64,000 nt of DNA, taken from contig JAHDYR010000021.1 of NCBI GenBank assembly GCA_019828565.1, positions 1-64,000 on the forward strand, given 5' to 3'. Shown here one piece after another: positions 57,700 to 64,000 of the stretch. This DNA is from Carpediemonas membranifera BICM (lineage: Eukaryota > Protista > Fornicata). Numbering within the stretch: the first letter of the stretch is position 1; each line of letters opens with the position of its first letter. A model generated the notes under the pieces. That model was not told the DNA's origin. It ran no database searches and saw nothing but the letters and a program-made list of their open reading frames with translations. The position numbers and the translations under genes were made by a program.

Positions 57700-57830
57700 G
57701 AGTCCAAAACACACAGTGATCCAAGCAGCATCAGGATCGCAGTGTGGTTCATCATACTCTATCAATCGTGCGCTGCATATCACGCGCGCTGCAGCGCGTG
57801 TTTGCTCAACTTAGCAAGTTAATGATAGCG
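57700..57830 (-). ncRNA. Candidate Fanzor omegaRNA scaffold
   Basis: Three stem-loops directly 3' of the Fanzor stop codon. Confidence 0.35.
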
Positions 57831-59630
57831 AGGAAGAGCACCTCTCTGGGAGTCGTAGTGGAAAGGAGATTGCTCTATCTGATCTGAAGTTGCATCGAAT
57901 GTGCACCAAAGGATGTTCTCGCTGGCGCTCTTATCTCGGTGAGAGAGATTGAGAAGTATGTCTCTGCTCGGGATGCCGACGTAGCCGTTCAACGCGCCAT
58001 GGAGCTCCCTCGCACGCTGGATTCTGGCAGAACATGGTGCGGCGTGTGTGCACCACACGTCTGAAGTGTGCTTTGCAGTGTGGGCACACGATGGAAGTGC
58101 GGAATTCCGAGACCATCGTGACACTCATGACGACGTTGTGCCGGAACATGATGCCAGTGAGAGCTCGAGCAAAGTGGCGGTACGGAGCACAGGAGGGAGT
58201 GCCGGCGGAACCGAACAGTGCAGCCCCATACGCGACTTCGAGATGAATGGGCTCCGGGGGCGCCCGCCGAGATCATCCAGGAGTTGACGTCCAGCCCGGG
58301 CGAAGTGCTTCAGGCGCAGACAGTGATTGGCAAAAGTCGCACGGCGGAAACACTTTCTCGTCCCCTCGTTGATGATCTGAACGATGTTCTCATGGACAAA
58401 CCTAATCGACTGTTTGAGAGCCTCTAGACTTGTCGTTTTGAACGATGCTGCGCTCATATTCACGCGGAAAGAGGGGGTGGCAGTGTAGCCACACTTAGCG
58501 AGTACGCCAGATACACTCTGCCCGTCTGGGCGGCGGATCGTGTAGCCGCCCAGCGACCGAGCACCAGGGTCGAAGCCCATGCGAGCTTGAATGTCCGGGG
58601 CAGGAGTAGCCTCGGCGTCATCCTGACCGAGCCGAGCCCGCTTGTTATTGCTACCCTTTTTGTACGTGGGCCGGTCAGCCACCCGACCGCCACGGTATTT
58701 CTCGCGACCCACCCAAACGGTCACAGCAGCAGAGACCCCGTCAGTCTTCGCAGAGAGCACTCTGCGAAGCTTGGTGATGTCACCGTGATCACGCTCGTAT
58801 CTATCAACCTGCTCGTCGGTCAAGTTACTCTTCGCTGACCAATCCCGATAGACACGGAGGCGCCTCTTCATCGCTGGGGTGAGCGCTGTTACTCCGCGCT
58901 CGATGGTCATGAACCCAGGCCTGACCGGTGCCATCGGCACGAACGGAACGAGCTTCGGCTCTGGCAGGGCCTGACTGAGCTCGAGGTTCACGGCACGAGT
59001 GAGTGTGACCAGCTTGGTCACTGCAGCACTCATGCGCGTGACGCACGACAGCACGCCGACGAGAGCCTCGGCCACGGTACCAGTGCGACCCACCCGCTGC
59101 TCCTCGGGCAATGCATGCATTTGACGATGATGCATGCCATGATCGGCGGCTATGGTGGCAACCTCAGTGTCGAGCTCGCCTAGGGTGTCGAGAAAATCCT
59201 GTCAAACACCCGGCCGATCATGGAGGAGCGGACGCACCCGTTCTAATCCAGCACGAAGACGGGTCAGGTACCCGGGTGACGCGCGCGAGAGCCAGACCCG
59301 GGTGGCTGTGGAGTACTCGCCCAACCAGCTCTGAAATGGCGCTGCAATTCCAACGTAGGCTTCCCTGAAGTCCCGGACGAGTGGGGTTATGTCAGGGTCC
59401 CTCCACATCGCCAGGTCGCCAATCCACCTGCACCGATCCGCTGCCTTTGCCTTGGACTCTCTTCCCTTGGCAATGCTGACGATCTTTTGAAGACTGTGTC
59501 TTAAAGTGCACAGGGTGCATGAACTATGTCGAAAAGAGGTCCTGGGTTGTTGAGTGCTCTGCGCGGTATACCTAGCTTTACCTGGCTTTCTGGCGGAATT
59601 CTCGCCAGAGTCGTTTTGGAGTTGTGACAT
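57819..59630 (-). CDS. Fanzor (TnpB-derived RuvC RNA-guided nuclease); interrupted by TGA at 59202-59204 and frameshifts at ~58258 and ~58008
   Basis: RuvC-I MGFDPGARSL; RKCFRRATF; VAYGAALF; RuvC-II VSEFRTS; Zn finger CPHC...CQNPAC; RuvC-III HRDKSASENIL. Confidence 0.8.
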
Positions 59631-59698
59631 GAAGCTGTTCGCAGTCTGAGATCCCCGCTTGCTTTTACAGCAATTAGCTACTGCAGAGAGCTTGACTT

Positions 59699-60334
59699 AT
59701 GGGGGGATTACCTCCATTCATTATCATATCGTTATTCATTGTCGTGTTGACGCAGGCTCGTCTGTTTCCGCCATTAGCAGTAGAAATGGATCCTAACCTG
59801 AAGCAAACTCCCGATCCACGAACACTACCAAGAAATGTACTCTCTTCTACCATCAACATTACCGGCGAGCTGGAACAAATACGAGACAACGCCTCCCACC
59901 TCACAGACCCGGACGTCCTTGCCAAAATCCGCAGTGAATTCCTCCGCGATGCCGCCTGGGTCCTTGGAAGCATCGTCTTCTTCACGCTATCGGCGTCTAT
60001 TCTAGTCAGCATCGTCTTTTGCGGGTCCCTCCCAGCGTTCCGCCGCATGCCTCATGTAGGATGTGCCTCGCCGGCCCACAGTCGAGAAAACAGTTTACAA
60101 GCTCAGTTCGACTTTGACAGTATTCTGAACGAGCTCGATAACGACGGGGCGCCCCTCAAGGGAGTCGCCCTCTTCGCAGATGGCCAGTGGGTCGAGGAGG
60201 GTGACGCTGAGCAGTCGGGCACCGACGTGGGTGGCTCGGCCATGTCTTTCTCCAAGCTCAGCGAGCTAAAGGTGCCCGAGGCGGGGGAGACGCCCGCCAT
60301 GGGGTTCGATGGGTGCACCCGTGGCCCAATATGA
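59699..60334 (+). CDS. Hypothetical single-pass membrane protein
   Basis: Signal-peptide-like N-terminus and one hydrophobic segment, WVLGSIVFFTLSASILVSIVFC. Confidence 0.6.
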   Translation: MGGLPPFIIISLFIVVLTQARLFPPLAVEMDPNLKQTPDPRTLPRNVLSSTINITGELEQIRDNASHLTDPDVLAKIRSEFLRDAAWVLGSIVFFTLSASILVSIVFCGSLPAFRRMPHVGCASPAHSRENSLQAQFDFDSILNELDNDGAPLKGVALFADGQWVEEGDAEQSGTDVGGSAMSFSKLSELKVPEAGETPAMGFDGCTRGPI

Positions 60335-60603
60335 GCTGTGTTGCATGAGGGTAGCGTGCTATGGAAACGACCAGGTCGTGTCAAAGCTGCTGATATGCTG
60401 AGCTTCGTATGGTGCCTGCTGGATCAGTCTGGCGGGCTTACCGGTGTCGATGGTTTCAACAAACATGACGAGCTCGGGCTCTGGACGCTTCTATATAAAC
60501 AGCATGAGCTGCAACATCGTCGCAACATGGTCATGGGCAGTGGTCCTCCCATTTATGTTGCCTCATGTATTTCTTCCAGCAGTGGTTCGAACGCTCCCTA
60601 ACG

Positions 60604-62181
60604 ATGGCTAACGCGAAGACCACGCAGAAAGTTATCAAGATCCTTAAGGATCTCGAGGACAGCACAAACACAGACACTCAAGCTTTCCTCCTTGACCAAC
60701 TCCCAGAGTTCTTTGAGACGATTCATGCTAAGGACATGCAAGAGAAGGCCGCCAAGCTAGTCTGTGACTATTTCGCTGACCATGAGGAGAAGCCCTCCGT
60801 TTCTGCTGGTGCCGTTCTCTACGCCTGGGCGAAATACCTCGTTACCGAGGAGGCCCTGGTCGACGAGACCTTCCTGCCCGAGTTGTACCGCTTGGCCTTC
60901 CGCGCCTACTCCAGATTCACCCGGAGCCACCACCCCAACGCCCTCGCCGCCCTTCGTCGGTGCAGAGACATCCTTTCCGTCGTTTACGGCGTCGACCCCA
61001 AGACTGCCTACGCCCTCGGCTTCACCTCGATCAAGCAGGTCGCCCTCCACACTAAGCGCGCCCTCACTTCCCGCAAGCAGGGCCAGGGCATCAGCACGCT
61101 CATCTCGTGGCGTATCGTCGGTTCCCTCCGTCTTTGGACCGAGGTGTCCTGTGCCCATGCCAGCGACGCCCACATGGGCCAACTCGTCTTCCCCATCACC
61201 GAGCTGATTCTCGGCATCCTCAGGGCCATCCCCTCTACCCTCCTGAACGCCCCCGCCGTCCTCCACCTCGTTGCCCTCGCAAACATGCTCGCCAAGGCTT
61301 CCGAGTACTACGTACCGGTTTTCGCCCCTATCCTCATGCTTCTCGATCTCCCAGATCTCCGGAAGAAGCCCAAGACTATGTCTGGCGACCGTGCGGCCCT
61401 TGCCGACCTGTCCCATCTCATTGCCCTTGGTAAGAAGGACACGCAGTCCTCCATGGTCATGGACACCGTCGTCAAGGACTCCCTGTTCCTCATCACCGAG
61501 GCCTTCGCCGCCCAGGCCCACCTGGCCGCTTTCCCCGAGCTCACGTACGGTGTGGTGCCCCGCCTCCGTCGCCTGGCAAAGAGCATGGACGAGAAGTCAT
61601 TTACCAAGAAGTACGGCATGCAGATCATGTCCACCGTCTCCACCATCGACGCCCACACGACTTGGGTGCTCAAGCAGAGGGACGAGGCGAACATTTCCCC
61701 GAGAGACGCCGCCGTCGCCGACTTTGAGGCCAAGCTCAAGGGGCAGGCGCACCCCCTCGCCAAGGCCATGGCCAGAGCAATGAAGGCGCGGCAGAGCGAG
61801 CACCGTGTGCGGATTGAGAGCGACGTCGTCCTCGGCAGTGACGGCGAGGAGGCCAGTGATGACGATGATGAGTTCGCCGCACACACCAAGGGCAAGCGGG
61901 CTAAGGTCGACCAGGATAAGGCCGAGGAGGAGGAGGACATGAAGGTGAAGTCGCAGAAGGTCTCGTTTAGCGATGACGACGACGAGGATGCTGTGGAGGA
62001 GCCCGTCAAGAAGGGCAAGCACGCCAACGCCGGGTCGACCGGCAGTCTGCTCCTCAAGCCCAAGCCCAAGGCCAACGCCGAGAAGGAGCCCAAGGTGAGG
62101 GGCAAGGCGACGAAGCGGAAGAAGGCGAACGCTAAGGTGGACATCGTCGAAGAGATGCGACTCAGCGACATGTCGGATTAA
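60604..62181 (+). CDS. NOC2: Nucleolar complex protein Noc2
   Basis: LISWRIVGSLRLW, LVFPITELILG, YYVPV, AFPEL motifs; acidic/Lys-rich tail. Confidence 0.8.
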   Translation: MANAKTTQKVIKILKDLEDSTNTDTQAFLLDQLPEFFETIHAKDMQEKAAKLVCDYFADHEEKPSVSAGAVLYAWAKYLVTEEALVDETFLPELYRLAFRAYSRFTRSHHPNALAALRRCRDILSVVYGVDPKTAYALGFTSIKQVALHTKRALTSRKQGQGISTLISWRIVGSLRLWTEVSCAHASDAHMGQLVFPITELILGILRAIPSTLLNAPAVLHLVALANMLAKASEYYVPVFAPILMLLDLPDLRKKPKTMSGDRAALADLSHLIALGKKDTQSSMVMDTVVKDSLFLITEAFAAQAHLAAFPELTYGVVPRLRRLAKSMDEKSFTKKYGMQIMSTVSTIDAHTTWVLKQRDEANISPRDAAVADFEAKLKGQAHPLAKAMARAMKARQSEHRVRIESDVVLGSDGEEASDDDDEFAAHTKGKRAKVDQDKAEEEEDMKVKSQKVSFSDDDDEDAVEEPVKKGKHANAGSTGSLLLKPKPKANAEKEPKVRGKATKRKKANAKVDIVEEMRLSDMSD

Positions 62182-62216
62182 ACACGGATTATAACCATAG
62201 TTTTTATAAGCATACT

Positions 62217-63536
62217 TTACATCTTCAGCACTTGTAGTCTATCTCCAAACGTCTCGACGTCGCCTTCGTTCACGGGCCCCGCCCTCGCCATGCCCTGGCC
62301 CTGGTCAAACGACCTGAACTGGGCGATCGTCGTCAGCAGCACGTGGAGCACCGCCTTTCCTGTCCTCTGGTCGGGCGGGAGCCGTCTATTGATGCCCACA
62401 ACCTCTCCCATACCGACCACGGTCGACTCCAAGTCCCCGGCGCTCGAGACCAGTCGGGCCAGACGGACATCCTCCGTCGCCATGTCCGCGTCAACATCGA
62501 ACAGTGGCAAGCGGGGCTCGTAAGGCTCCATGAGTGCAGGCGGGTGGACTGCGGGTTCCAGGTCAGAGAGGGGGGCCTCGAATTGAGGGGGGATGAGACG
62601 AATGCCGCGGGGAACCTGGAGAGTCTCGTAGAGCTGGGAAACCTCGGGAATGAGGTTGTTCTTACCGCCGTAGAGCTTCAGGTTGTTGTGGATCAGGCTG
62701 ACGTAGTTAGGGGGCAGGGGGTCGAGCGTGGCGGGGGCAATCTTGGGCAGAACGGCGAGCATGCCCGTGTTGGGCACCGTCTTGTGCTCCTTGATGTCCG
62801 CTGTCTTCGCATCCATGGCGTTGATGTTGCACTCCGGCAACCGGGTAAGATACGCGATCACCCAGTCGACAATCGCACCGTTGCTCTCCATAGTGATGTA
62901 TTGGTCAGTAAAGATGTCCTTGGACCCCACGAGGGCCAGTCGCCCGCCCTGGGGTGTCTCTGTGACAGCTACGACAGGCCGCTTGACAGGGTAGCAGTTG
63001 CTTCCCGTCGAAAGGACCGGGACCGCGGGTGAGGCCGTGATCAACGTCCGCCCGCGGGGGTACACGAACTTGTTGATCGTCTTGCGCAGGTCGCGGTTGA
63101 CCACGCCGTCGTCTATGAGACACTCTGCTGGATGGAGGAGGGGTTTGCCCCGGACGCGGCGGCCGACGTACGCCTGGCTCACAACCTTGTCGTCGTTCAC
63201 ACTCAGGCCGAACTGCTCGAACAGGTAGTTGACGTTCTTAATGTTGGCGCCCGGCGCTAGTGTGAAGAGGACACTGTGGCCGCGGCTTAGGAAGGAGTTG
63301 ATGCCTTCAAAGTCGGGCTTGGAGAAATTAGAGGTGGGGCCCATGAAAGCAAGGACTGATACATGCTCGCTGGCCATGGAGAAGCTGTCCATGTTGCTGT
63401 GTTAGGGAGAAATGAGAGGGACGAACGCTTTCACATCAAGGTTCTCCTTTTGACGCAATCTCGATTGCAATTCGTTATATTCTTCTAGTTTGGTACCTTT
63501 GGTCAGGTCGAAGCACACCGTTTGCCTCGACATCAT
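62217..63536 (-). CDS. IFT52: Intraflagellar transport protein 52; 30-nt intron 63397-63426
   Basis: GIFT-like N-terminus (TVCFDLTK; NVNYLFEQFGLSVNDDKVV; FVYPRG; VLSTGSNCYPVKRP) and C-terminal IPPQFEAPL..LEPAVHPP..LPLFDVD. Confidence 0.92.
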
Positions 63537-64000
63537 TGGTTTCTCGCCTTGCCAATTCTGTGAGCATTTTAAGGAAAGTCGCGAAATTCTCAAAAGGAAG
63601 GCTGCCTCGAGTCCGCATACACCCATGTACCCCATCCGCTGGCGATACCGACCCTGTTTCCCGATTTCCCGACCGTTGAACTCGTCATAGGCAGAAAGTG
63701 TTCAGCGAGGAACAGAAGCACAGAAGCGCTCCAAGTCATGTTTAGTTCAGGATTTCCACAAAAGTCCATCTTAACGTCACGGTCAACGACTTTGCCGCCC
63801 ATAGAACTCAACGCCATGCGCCCAATGCAGAAATCGCCTTCAGCAGGCCCCATGCGGGTCCAACACGGCAGTAGATCGCCTCCACCGCAACAAACCAGTG
63901 CGCAAACACCTCCCCGTCAGTCAATGCGCGCTCCACACCGTCCTCCGCAGGCAGACCGCCCGATCACTGCCCGCGGGGGGTTTGGCGGCCGCACGCTCCA

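Noticed and set aside
56900-59700. Terminal inverted repeats or a transposase for the Fanzor element
   Set aside because: Only weak short matches were found and there is no DDE, HUH or serine recombinase motif. Ends cannot be defined from one copy.
63590-64000. Partial CDS at the right edge
   Set aside because: Minus-strand frames contain stops and no recognisable motif.

Overview
Gene-dense eukaryotic DNA, most consistent with a free-living anaerobic flagellate (metamonad/fornicate-like; inferred from NuoF with a short organellar leader, IFT52, a bacterial-type nucleoside kinase and 28-30 nt spliceosomal introns). The window opens with a ~6.75 kb, highly homogeneous ~284-bp tandem array. 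Housekeeping genes follow: Sec31, NuoF, M1 aminopeptidase, Ies6, CstF-50, Dbr1, RNF32-like, PKA-R, Noc2 and IFT52. They are mixed with an expanded RCC1-like family, a very young chromodomain-bearing Ty3/gypsy element (92-bp identical LTRs, 5-bp TSD), and a 5.2-kb inverted duplication of a WD40-kinase-HECT-like-RBR(RING2)-like gene. The top finding is a Fanzor (eukaryotic TnpB-derived RNA-guided nuclease) locus at ~57.7-59.6 kb. It is split over four ORFs, retains all three RuvC acidic residues and the zinc finger, and is followed by stem-loops that may be its omegaRNA. Other notable finds are the kinase/dual-E3 fusion, an intron-hidden LEA-like gene built from 33-nt microexons, and a Dbr1 fused to extra RNA-processing-like domains. 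Many frameshifts fall in homopolymers and are probably long-read errors. All assignments come from motif recognition by eye; no searches were run.
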